Shown here: one piece after another, positions 20,605 through 29,177 of the stretch
Layout of the letters: every line of letters starts with the position of its first letter
Numbering within the stretch: the stretch's first letter is position 1
DNA from: an uncultured candidate division Zixibacteria bacterium
GTDB taxonomy: Bacteria > Zixibacteria > MSB-5A5 > GN15 > FEB-12
Reading direction: 5' to 3'
Length of the DNA stretch: 64,000 bases
Assembly: GCA_963806185.1 (NCBI GenBank)
Contig: CAWDXE010000001.1
Span: 320,001 to 384,000 of the forward strand
Notes under the pieces: model-generated
Seen by the model: the letters and a program-made list of their open reading frames with translations, nothing else
Told to the model about the DNA's origin: nothing
Databases searched by the model: none
Translations under genes and position numbers: made by a program

Positions 20605-21666
20605 ATGACTCAATCAGTTGGCCGACGACTCTCTTTTTTGGACCGCTATCTCACCGTCTGGATTTTCGTCGCGATGGCGATCGGTGTGTTGATAGGGTAT
20701 CTGGTTCCGGAAGTCGACGGAATTTTGCAAAATTTTCAAGTAGGCACGACGAGCGTGCCGATTGCGATCGGTCTGATCCTTATGATGTACCCGCCGTTAG
20801 CCAAAGTTCGATACGAAGAGCTGGGCAAGGTATTTCGCGATCGAAAGGTGCTGGCCCTGTCGCTTCTGCAGAACTGGTTGATCGGCCCGATTCTGATGTT
20901 TTTCCTGGCGATCGCTTTTCTGCACGACTACCCGTCGTACATGGTCGGCCTCATTATGATCGGGCTGGCCCGCTGTATCGCCATGGTGATCGTGTGGAAC
21001 GAACTGGCCAAGGGTGACACTGAATACGCCGCCGGTCTGGTGGCGTTCAACAGCATTTTTCAGGTGCTCTTCTTCAGCCTGTACGCATACGTCTTCATCA
21101 CCGTACTCCCCCCGTATTTCGGGCTGAGCGGCGAGGTAGTCGAAGTGTCCATGAGGCAGATAGCGCAATCAGTGTTCATCTATCTGGGCATCCCCTTCCT
21201 CGCCGGCATGATCACGAGGTTTGTGGCACTCAGGACCAAAGGGCGCGAGTGGTATGAACATCGGTTCATCCCGCGCATATCGCCGATTACGCTGATCGCA
21301 CTGCTGTTTACGATCCTGGTCATGTTCAGTCTCAAAGGAAGCCTCATCGTGACGATACCGCTGGACGTGGTCCGAATTGCCATACCCCTCTTCATCTACT
21401 TCGTGGTCATGTTCCTTATCAGTTTCTGGCTGGGGAGGAAAGTCGGGGCCGACTATTCGCAAACCGCCACCCTCTCTCTGACGGCGGCAAGCAACAACTT
21501 CGAACTGGCCATAGCCGTAGCCGTGGCTGTCTTCGGACTGAATTCGGGTGCGGCCTTCGCGGCGGTTATCGGACCGTTAGTCGAAGTACCGGTGCTGATC
21601 GGGCTGGTCAACGTGGCACTGTACTTTCAGAAGAAGTATTTTGCCGAGGGAGAAGCGTCGGTGTGA
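20605..21666 (+). CDS. acr3: ACR3 family arsenite efflux transporter
   Basis: [51 protein letters not shown]. Confidence 0.96.
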   Translation: MTQSVGRRLSFLDRYLTVWIFVAMAIGVLIGYLVPEVDGILQNFQVGTTSVPIAIGLILMMYPPLAKVRYEELGKVFRDRKVLALSLLQNWLIGPILMFFLAIAFLHDYPSYMVGLIMIGLARCIAMVIVWNELAKGDTEYAAGLVAFNSIFQVLFFSLYAYVFITVLPPYFGLSGEVVEVSMRQIAQSVFIYLGIPFLAGMITRFVALRTKGREWYEHRFIPRISPITLIALLFTILVMFSLKGSLIVTIPLDVVRIAIPLFIYFVVMFLISFWLGRKVGADYSQTATLSLTAASNNFELAIAVAVAVFGLNSGAAFAAVIGPLVEVPVLIGLVNVALYFQKKYFAEGEASV

Positions 21667-21998
21667 GCAAGCCGCACGAACAATTCAAAGCTCTGGCGGA
21701 TCAGACCCGCCTGCGTATTGCCGTGCTTCTCACCGAGGGGGAGCTGTGCGTTTGCGACATTCTGGCCGTATTGCATCTCCCCCAATCAACCGTCTCACGC
21801 CAATTGGCGATCATGAAATCAGCCGGATTGGTGGCCGACCGCCGCAACAGCCGCTGGGTCTATTACCGGCTGCAGGAGAATGCGCTCAACGACGCCGTCC
21901 GACCCTATTTGGTTGGATCTCTGGCGATTCAATCGCCCCACACCGAAGACTTGTCATCTCTGAAATCGCGTCGCGATTTGAATGAGTGCCGATCATGA
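21663..21998 (+). CDS. arsR: ArsR/SmtB family transcriptional repressor
   Basis: [18 protein letters not shown] metal site, [18 protein letters not shown] overlap with acr3. Confidence 0.93.
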   Translation: MSKPHEQFKALADQTRLRIAVLLTEGELCVCDILAVLHLPQSTVSRQLAIMKSAGLVADRRNSRWVYYRLQENALNDAVRPYLVGSLAIQSPHTEDLSSLKSRRDLNECRS

Positions 21999-22438
21999 CG
22001 GTGAAGCCAGGCTGGATTCGCATCCTTGTGCTGTGCACGGGAAACTCCTGCCGATCGCAGATGGCCGAGGGCTTCTTTCGGCATTATGGCGGAGCGGCCA
22101 TCGAGGTCTGTTCGGCCGGAACCAAGCCTCAGGGAATACACCCGCGGGCAATTCGCGTGATGGGCGAGCGCGGCATTGATCTATCGGTTCACCGTTCACA
22201 ACACGTCGATGAATACGTTGGTCAGACCTTTGACTACGTCATTACCGTCTGTGATAACGCGGCCGCCAATTGTCCCGCCTTTCCCGGGGACGGCAAGCGC
22301 CTGCACTGGCCCTTTAATGATCCGGCTGCGGCCATCGGCTCCGAGGACACAATTCTGGGCGACTTCCGACGCGTGCGCGATCAGATCGAGGCGCAGGTCA
22401 GACGATGGCTATCCGAAAACGTGTCGATCGGTAAGTGA
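21986..22438 (+). CDS. arsC: arsenate reductase, thioredoxin-coupled LMW-PTP type
   Basis: CTGNSCRSQMAEG, ITVCD..CP, HWPFNDP; start may be 21995. Confidence 0.93.
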   Translation: MPIMTVKPGWIRILVLCTGNSCRSQMAEGFFRHYGGAAIEVCSAGTKPQGIHPRAIRVMGERGIDLSVHRSQHVDEYVGQTFDYVITVCDNAAANCPAFPGDGKRLHWPFNDPAAAIGSEDTILGDFRRVRDQIEAQVRRWLSENVSIGK

Positions 22439-22454
22439 CATCGGGCAGTCTCAA

Positions 22455-24800
22455 TCATAGTCGCCACAAATACTGCAATTTGACGAACACCTGTCGCGAG
22501 GACAATTCCCACTGCGAGTCGCTCAGTTCCGTGTCGGAATCCACTCGATCATAATACTTGTAGCGGCTGTTTATGCCCGCGTAGAAGATCGTGAACGGGT
22601 TCAATTGGTATGAAATGAATGGTTCGATGTCGAGGCGATCTTTGAACTGGTCGTATTGGATGACTGTTCGCAGGTACCATTCCCGAGTGAATTGATAGGT
22701 GAGGCGGGTACGCAGGATATACCCTTTGAAGATCTCGGGATCGGTACCCGGGTGGGCGTCAAGGTACTTGCGTTCGTGCCGCATCTGAGCGAAACTAATC
22801 GACGGCGCCACGTAGAAGCGTTTCGTCGGTCTGATATTGAGATAGAAATACAGGTTGAACTGGCGTCCCATCACCGGCACGTCGAGGTTGCGCGCGATGC
22901 TCCGCCCGAACGTGGTATTACCGCCGAAGGCAACCCACTCGATATATCGGTTTTCCAGGACAAAGGTGACTCTGCTGATGCCTTCGAATGTTCGCGAACG
23001 AAACACCTCGTGGCTGTTCAGATAGTTGATTTCCACATCGGTCTGTCCGGCCAGTTCTGCGTTGACGCCGATCACTGCCCATCCATCCCGGAATCGTTTG
23101 ATCGGATCGTTATATCGCCAGACATGGGCGATTTCCATCCACGGTACCCAGCTGCGCAACCAGCTCTTGTTCGGTTGATATTCCAGGTTGGCTTCGGTGC
23201 TGATCTGGCGGTAGTCGTTCTGAACGACAAAACCGTTGTCGGAGCGAAAGGTGGGGCTGAAATCGAGATATCGGAGCTCGACGCCATAGTGACGCGTGTT
23301 GCGCTCGAGGTTCAGGAAGGAGGCATGGCCCCAGTATTTCTCGCCGTCGAACGACGTGGTGTGCCGGCCGTAGTCGAAAGTTTTGCCGTTTATTCCGGAG
23401 GAGAGGGCCGTGTCATGCGGTTCTTCGGTGCGACTGATGACGGTCTGGAATTCAATAGCGTTGTTGCCCCAGAACCGAATGGTGCCGTCGACACCGGCAT
23501 CTGAGCCGGAGCCACCATCGTCGAGGCGGCGATCAGTCATAAGCATACCAAGATAGGAACCACCGGGAAGCGCATGGCGCACGCGCAGGATATTGGACCA
23601 GCTCTTCCCGCCCGCAAAGAAGTCGCTCTCTTCAGCAGATGGGACAAGGATGGGCGAATGGCGGTCACGAGCGAACGTATAGGCGATGCTTGTCTCCCCC
23701 GGCCTACCGACGAATTTGGCCGCCACATCCGGATCGTTGATCGAACGCGTGTAGATTGAAGAAATCCAGGTGTTGTAAAGATCCGCCCCCTCGGCGAAGA
23801 ACGGACGGGCTTCCGAGAAGGACAAGGCGAAAGTGGAATTCACGTCAATTTGCCCGGCATCCGATTCTACCTGGCTGAAATCCGGATTGATGGTTGCTTC
23901 CAGAGTGGAGCTCGACGTCACACCGTATTTGAGCGTGACGGAAGCGTCAGCGTTCAGATTCTTGCTATCAAACCTGGAACCAGGCATGGAGTCGTTAAGC
24001 CGAGCGCCTGATTGAGTAGCGATCAGGTTAGGGAGAATCTCGAGGTTGGTTGAAGGTTTGATGCCGCGAATCCCGGTCAATGTCCCCCAGTTGCAGAGAA
24101 AGCAGGGATCGTTGCGGTCCTGGGCGGACCAGGCATAGCGATAGCGGGCGTCACGCTGACGGTCGCGCCAGACCTGGCAGCGCCAGGTTTGTTCTTCTTT
24201 ATCGGGGAAGCGCAGACTGGAAAACGGGATGGCCAATTCGACCTGATAGCCGCTGTCGGTAACCGTGCCGCGCGAGTCGAATATCAGGTTATAGCTGATG
24301 TCCTCGTCGCCGTTGGAATTGGTGATACGCAAATCACCCTGGAGGCCATAAGGATTGACGAAGATCTCGTACGCCGAGTTGTTGTCGCCGTAACAGTCAA
24401 GCAAGATACCGATATAGTCGTCGGAAAAGATATTGTCACGATCACGCCAGTGCACGCGGACTGCGTCGGGAACATCGTGAGCGACAAGGGCAACGTACAG
24501 GTTGTGATCGTCGTAGCATATGCGGAATTCTGACTTAACGGCGGGACGGATTTGATCTCCGGGATTGACCTCCTGGAAATAGTCGGAATGTCCGGCTGAT
24601 TGCCAGGCGGCATCGGTCATGGCACCGTCGATCTCAATTGGCGAGGCGATCCGCGGAACTTCAAGGCTCGGTTTGAAATGGGGGATAAAGGTGGTGTCGT
24701 TTACCTGGGCGTAGGCGGGAGAGAAGAATTGGACAAGGGAGAGGACTGCGAGCAGCGTAACGATGCAATGGCGTCGCACCTCCGGGTGATGTCGCTTCAT
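22455..24800 (-). CDS. CBM9-like + DUF5916 outer-membrane protein
   Basis: IDG..DAAW, YDDHNLYV, ELAIPFSSLRF, TINPDFSQVESD, EARPFF.EG, C-terminal KLQYLW. Confidence 0.85.
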   Translation of the reverse strand: MKRHHPEVRRHCIVTLLAVLSLVQFFSPAYAQVNDTTFIPHFKPSLEVPRIASPIEIDGAMTDAAWQSAGHSDYFQEVNPGDQIRPAVKSEFRICYDDHNLYVALVAHDVPDAVRVHWRDRDNIFSDDYIGILLDCYGDNNSAYEIFVNPYGLQGDLRITNSNGDEDISYNLIFDSRGTVTDSGYQVELAIPFSSLRFPDKEEQTWRCQVWRDRQRDARYRYAWSAQDRNDPCFLCNWGTLTGIRGIKPSTNLEILPNLIATQSGARLNDSMPGSRFDSKNLNADASVTLKYGVTSSSTLEATINPDFSQVESDAGQIDVNSTFALSFSEARPFFAEGADLYNTWISSIYTRSINDPDVAAKFVGRPGETSIAYTFARDRHSPILVPSAEESDFFAGGKSWSNILRVRHALPGGSYLGMLMTDRRLDDGGSGSDAGVDGTIRFWGNNAIEFQTVISRTEEPHDTALSSGINGKTFDYGRHTTSFDGEKYWGHASFLNLERNTRHYGVELRYLDFSPTFRSDNGFVVQNDYRQISTEANLEYQPNKSWLRSWVPWMEIAHVWRYNDPIKRFRDGWAVIGVNAELAGQTDVEINYLNSHEVFRSRTFEGISRVTFVLENRYIEWVAFGGNTTFGRSIARNLDVPVMGRQFNLYFYLNIRPTKRFYVAPSISFAQMRHERKYLDAHPGTDPEIFKGYILRTRLTYQFTREWYLRTVIQYDQFKDRLDIEPFISYQLNPFTIFYAGINSRYKYYDRVDSDTELSDSQWELSSRQVFVKLQYLWRL

Positions 24801-24958
24801 GAGTCCTCCATAAGTGCCTGACAACTGGAAAGGCAGTCCGAGGTGTACTCCGACTTACGATGCGGTCACGACCATTGTTTCGATATATGAACGGCCAAAA
24901 GAAGAAAGCCCCGATCACTCGGGGCCTTTCGCCAAACTCCGACAAATTCTGTGATGGC

Positions 24959-25294
24959 CTATGACAGCGCCTTGATGGCGGCGTCGCGGGAATCGTAGTG
25001 CTCAAACACGCTGATGAGGCGGGTGATCGTCAGCACTGATTCGATCTTAGTGATGTTAGCCAGGACCAGACGGCCGCCGGCATTCTTCACGGTGGTGAGG
25101 GCAGAAATAAGCATACCCAACCCAACCGAATTCATCCAGTCGACCTTGGCCAGATCGACGACGACCTTCTTCTTGTTCTGGTTGATGTACTCGTGAATCT
25201 TGCCGTGGAACATGGTGGTCTCTTCGCCACCCATGATTTTTCCCGAAACGTCAAGAATGAGAATGTCCCCTTGGAGATGATCTTCAAATTTCAT
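24959..25294 (-). CDS. STAS-domain anti-sigma factor antagonist
   Basis: VDLAKVDWMNSVGLGMLI phospho-Ser motif; 111 aa. Confidence 0.92.
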   Translation of the reverse strand: MKFEDHLQGDILILDVSGKIMGGEETTMFHGKIHEYINQNKKKVVVDLAKVDWMNSVGLGMLISALTTVKNAGGRLVLANITKIESVLTITRLISVFEHYDSRDAAIKALS

Positions 25295-25479
25295 GCGCAG
25301 TAGCCTCTATTTAAAATTATTCCTTTTCCCGTTGAACCTCACCCTCCGTGGCGCCGGCAGCAAAAACCGCGACGAAACAGGGATAAGTCGTGGTAAGATA
25401 GTCGCTTCGGCTTCCGAAGCAAGCGGTTTTTCGATCCTTCCAGATCGCGAGTTTCGTTACCCCCCAGAGTTGGTCAAAT

Positions 25480-25510
25480 AAAAAAGCGCCAGTTGAAGTG
25501 GCGCTTTCTT
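25480..25510. terminator. intrinsic terminator-like hairpin, stronger T-run on the minus strand, no annotated gene feeding it
   Basis: AAAAAAGCGCCA-GTTGAAG-TGGCGCTTTCTT. Confidence 0.65.
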
Positions 25511-26089
25511 ATCTTAGGAAGGGATGCGGCTTGCCTTCGCATCTCAGTATGATAACTGAGACCAGAATACAGAATTGAGATTCTCAATTGTCATGCAGAT
25601 GTCACAAATTCTGACTTTTTGTGAGGTCCAGTCGATTCTTCTGTGTCCCATCAGGCCCGGTTAAGATACTGTGCAATAATCAAATACCGACAACTTCCGC
25701 TGCCAGAACTGCCCCTCTGAGCATCTCCTCGAGACTCCCACCTGATGCTGTTCAATCGCCAGGTCAGTGTAGAATTTCGCCCACCGTCAGATAGAGCGAA
25801 GTTTCCCGCATGCTCCAAACAGCGAACCTAACCCGGGAGTCAAAGCGACGATACATTTCATCCGTCATCAGCGAACATACTTTTATGATCTGTTGTCTGA
25901 CCCCGTCGACGAAACAGAAGTCGAGCGATATGTATCGCTAATTGATGGTGAACTTACGTGTCCACCTCCCATTTCGATGTTCAGCTTGTACTCGAAGACT
26001 CTCCGCAAAGTCAGGCATCCTCTCACTTCCGCACGGTTGGCTATGCAAACGACGCTGCACTCCAGTGAGGTGCCGGCTTGATAAATCGG

Positions 26090-26117
26090 TTGACACTGGT
26101 GAATCGGTCACTATTTT
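26090..26117 (+). promoter_or_regulatory. sigma70 promoter of the tRNA-Lys pair
   Basis: TTGACA-N16-TATTTT about 33 nt upstream of the first tRNA. Confidence 0.65.
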
Positions 26118-26150
26118 AGAGGGCCGATAAGGGCAACCTAAGCAAATCTT

Positions 26151-26222
26151 GGGGGTGTAGCTCAGTGGTAGAGCACCTGCCTTTTAAGCAGGGAGTCGAA
26201 GGTTCAATCCCTTCCACCCTCA
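26151..26222 (+). tRNA. tRNA-Lys (TTT), CCA not encoded
   Basis: GGGGGTGTAGCTCAGTGGTAGAGCA-CCTGC-CTTTTAA-GCAGG...GGTTCAATCC..CACCCTCA cloverleaf. Confidence 0.93.
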
Positions 26223-26235
26223 TATCGAGCATAAT

Positions 26236-26308
26236 GCGCCATTAGCTCAGCTGGTAGAGCAACTGACTCTTAATCAGTGGGTCCGGGGTTCGAGTCCCTG
26301 ATGGCGCA
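26236..26308 (+). tRNA. tRNA-Lys (CTT), CCA not encoded
   Basis: GCGCCATTAGCTCAGCTGGTAGAGCAACTGA-CTCTTAA-TCAG...GGTTCGAGTCCCTGATGGCGCA. Confidence 0.95.
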
Positions 26309-26342
26309 TTTTTCTTTGCCCTTCGCTTCCCGGAGGCCTGTT

Positions 26343-28085
26343 TTATTGCCACGGGATCTTTCCTTTCCTTCTATCCTTTGTCGCAAGCAATTCCGGCGTT
26401 TGATCATACCCCAGTGTCTTTAGCTCATCGCGGACGAGCGTCACTAGTCGTTCGAAAGTCAGGCCCGGTCTCTTTTTGCGCTCGGCTCTGATCGCTTTTG
26501 CCAGAGAATAGGTGAAGGCGCCGTACGAGGTCACACCGTGCCGGTACTCCGACGCCAATTCTCCTTCAGCGCAGGCCGACAAGATGGTCGGCAGATACGG
26601 GCCGTGATGGCCGAGTGCCGTTCTGACACGGTCGTAGTCGTGGTTGGAGAGTGACCTCAGGTTGATGCCTCGACCCAGGCGATGGTTGGCCCGGGATTGA
26701 CCGAGATACAGCGCCCCGTCCTTGTGGTCGGCGAGCGATTTATTGGGAGGTGTGAAGCGGCGATCCACCCACATTTGGTGTTTGGACTCCCACTTGAGGG
26801 CTCGATGACGAATGTCGTCGGGAGGGGTCAGGCCTCGGACTCGACTGCCACCGTCTCGTGACATGCCCCCTGAGTGGCAACAGTCCAAAACCATCATGAA
26901 GGTCGATTCGTAGGGGAGCTGGCTGTACAACTCCAGCAATTCGTCGTCGCAAATGGCCCGCTCCTTCGTCCAGTCAAAGTCATACGGCACCAAACACTCA
27001 TCCTGCCGGTCGACTGTTTCATTGGCACCGTACCCCGGTATCTGGGCTCCGTGTCCGCTGTAAAAGAACAGGCGTTCGTCGCCGGCCTTCACACCCTCCA
27101 GGAGCCAGGAAAGTCGGGAGCGCATCCCCGAGGCAGTCGCGCGATCATCAAATACCACTCGAATATCCTCGGGAGCCACGCCACTCTCCTGAAGAACGGA
27201 ACTCATGAGAAATACGTCGTTCAGGCAGCCGCTCAACTGATCTCGACTGTCGGGATAGTCATTAATGCCAACCAGGAGCGCCCTGCGATTGGGTGTACGG
27301 ACGACTTTTGTAAACGATCGGGTACTCTCTGTCAGCCTCCGATACGTTGGCTCATTGGCAATGCCACCCCACGCCTCACCGGTATTGGGATGAGAGAGAT
27401 ACGCCGAAGCATCATGATCGCCAAAGCCGGCCAAATCGAACTCGGTCGTCAATTGAGTGAAATTGTCGGCCTCGAGCCTCAGCGGTGCCGTCAGAACATC
27501 ATCGTTTTTGTTGTACAAGTGGAACCATTTTCGACAAGGGATGACGGAGAGCCGTCCGCCGAAAATACTCCGGACAAACGGATTGCCTATCTGTGAACCG
27601 AAAGTGAGTAACACGGATTTGGACTGGTCAGACGAACGAATAAACGTGTCGTAACAGATGAGTGACCCGAGGCTGTGAGCGGCCACGGCATTCGGTCGGA
27701 AGTCACGAATCTCAGTCGACAAACGGCCGCGCAGTTTCTCTCGAAGCGGTTCACTCTCTGCCCACTGCGCCACCATTCCGGCTGTCCAGCGGAGCCGGTC
27801 AGGCAGTGAAAAGAGACCCCGCTCTCTCGGGTGCAACAGGTCGGTGACACCGTAGTAGATACCACTCCCAAACATTTTCGCAAGCGTCTTCAACAATTCC
27901 CCGGTGTGGATCGGTTCCGCCGCAAACAGTTCATCGTAGAGAAAAAAGCGGCACTCGATCTCCGCTTCCGGTCTCCAATCGCGAATCCCCTTCTCAATGG
28001 GGTAGCTCCAGTTGGTCTTCCAGTCGTCACCCATGTGGTGACCGCCGACTCCGTGAACACACAACAAGCGAATCTTCTCTGCCAT
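26343..28085 (-). CDS. alpha/beta-hydrolase fused to caspase-like (peptidase C14) domain
   Basis: N-terminal CVHGVG oxyanion motif, AHSLGS nucleophile elbow, LLTFGS, DDVL, GDH; C-terminal RALLVGINDY, GCLNDV, YSGHG, LDCCHSG dyad, YGAFT, QTPEL; RBS AAGGAGG. Confidence 0.9.
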   Translation of the reverse strand: MAEKIRLLCVHGVGGHHMGDDWKTNWSYPIEKGIRDWRPEAEIECRFFLYDELFAAEPIHTGELLKTLAKMFGSGIYYGVTDLLHPRERGLFSLPDRLRWTAGMVAQWAESEPLREKLRGRLSTEIRDFRPNAVAAHSLGSLICYDTFIRSSDQSKSVLLTFGSQIGNPFVRSIFGGRLSVIPCRKWFHLYNKNDDVLTAPLRLEADNFTQLTTEFDLAGFGDHDASAYLSHPNTGEAWGGIANEPTYRRLTESTRSFTKVVRTPNRRALLVGINDYPDSRDQLSGCLNDVFLMSSVLQESGVAPEDIRVVFDDRATASGMRSRLSWLLEGVKAGDERLFFYSGHGAQIPGYGANETVDRQDECLVPYDFDWTKERAICDDELLELYSQLPYESTFMMVLDCCHSGGMSRDGGSRVRGLTPPDDIRHRALKWESKHQMWVDRRFTPPNKSLADHKDGALYLGQSRANHRLGRGINLRSLSNHDYDRVRTALGHHGPYLPTILSACAEGELASEYRHGVTSYGAFTYSLAKAIRAERKKRPGLTFERLVTLVRDELKTLGYDQTPELLATKDRRKGKIPWQ

Positions 28086-28173
28086 AATACCACCTCCTTG
28101 GGTCTGACTATGCATGCCTAAGCTGCAACTGCAAATGACACCGTCCCATGGTGACTCCTGCCGGGCCCATTGC

Positions 28174-29172
28174 CTACCTCTTCAATGAGAAAGTATTCAG
28201 CGGCGGGAGCCCTGGTCCCTTTCCCGCCGAAGTGAGCCCTCCGCCCAAAACAGCCTCGGTTGCCGTCTTCACCTGCTCAGCGATTTGTACTGCATCGGCC
28301 TGATGAAGATCGACACTTGACATGGCTGTTCTGCGGAACTGCCCCACCAGTTCCTTGCTGTCTTCGTAATCGCCGCGTCGAACGGCGTCGCGAAGTTCGC
28401 GGTAAACAGAAGCGATCTCGGGAATCGCAAACCAGTTCGATTTCCGGCTGGCCGCCGCTATGGTGAAGACCATGTAGGGATATCGACCTACCGGCGCTCC
28501 CTTACTGTCGACCAGTCGGAAGTCGTGCGGCGTCACCTTCAATTTGGTGATGTCCACACTGTCTCTCGGGGCTCGCATGACCACGAACCAACCGGTCGAC
28601 AACGGCTTAAAAGCGGTCGCCAGTCCCACTTCAAGAGAGACGGCGTCATTCGTGCCCGACAGCGATTCGATTCCCTTTTTGAAGGGCTCAAAAAACGGGG
28701 CAATTGTGCTCAGGAACGAGACGCCGGCTTTGTCAGCAATCGACTGAAGAAGGGTAAGGAACGGCGCGGCCAGATCGGCTTCCTTCACTGAGAATAAACC
28801 CAGCTCGAGTTCAACACTCCCGCCGTTGTAGGCCACTTCCTCGAGCAGGGGGGCGTTGACCTGAATGACTCGATCCACATGGCTGTCATCCACTTTTTTC
28901 AATTCGTCCGGCGAAACAACGGTCGCGATCTCGGCGATACGACCGTCCAGGGTCGGCAGCGACACGTAACTCTGGGTCAGGCCGTAGAATTTGGTCCATC
29001 CACGTCGCACGTCACAAACGCGCATCGATTTCAGCGTGATGGAAAGATAATCGCTTCCCGACTGTACCGGAGTGCCGGAGACGGCATCCGGAACTTGCGA
29101 ACCTTGCAGTTGGGTATACACCCAATCTTTGGCGTCGTCACGCCAGATGTTTGTCCAGAGACTCATATCCAT
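28174..29172 (-). CDS. hypothetical protein (332 aa): beta-rich domain with internal amphipathic helical hairpin and helical C-terminus
   Basis: ATG at 29172 with RBS AGGAG overlapping the upstream stop codon; no family recognised. Confidence 0.8.
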   Translation of the reverse strand: MDMSLWTNIWRDDAKDWVYTQLQGSQVPDAVSGTPVQSGSDYLSITLKSMRVCDVRRGWTKFYGLTQSYVSLPTLDGRIAEIATVVSPDELKKVDDSHVDRVIQVNAPLLEEVAYNGGSVELELGLFSVKEADLAAPFLTLLQSIADKAGVSFLSTIAPFFEPFKKGIESLSGTNDAVSLEVGLATAFKPLSTGWFVVMRAPRDSVDITKLKVTPHDFRLVDSKGAPVGRYPYMVFTIAAASRKSNWFAIPEIASVYRELRDAVRRGDYEDSKELVGQFRRTAMSSVDLHQADAVQIAEQVKTATEAVLGGGLTSAGKGPGLPPLNTFSLKR

Positions 29173-29177
29173 TTCTC

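Noticed and set aside
26151..26308. tRNA-Lys genes lacking CCA as pseudo-tRNAs
   Set aside because: The cloverleaves are intact, and post-transcriptional CCA addition is common.
28174..29172. Calling the middle gene a gasdermin
   Set aside because: No recognisable gasdermin features such as the N-terminal palmitoylated Cys; only the gene-context analogy is supported.
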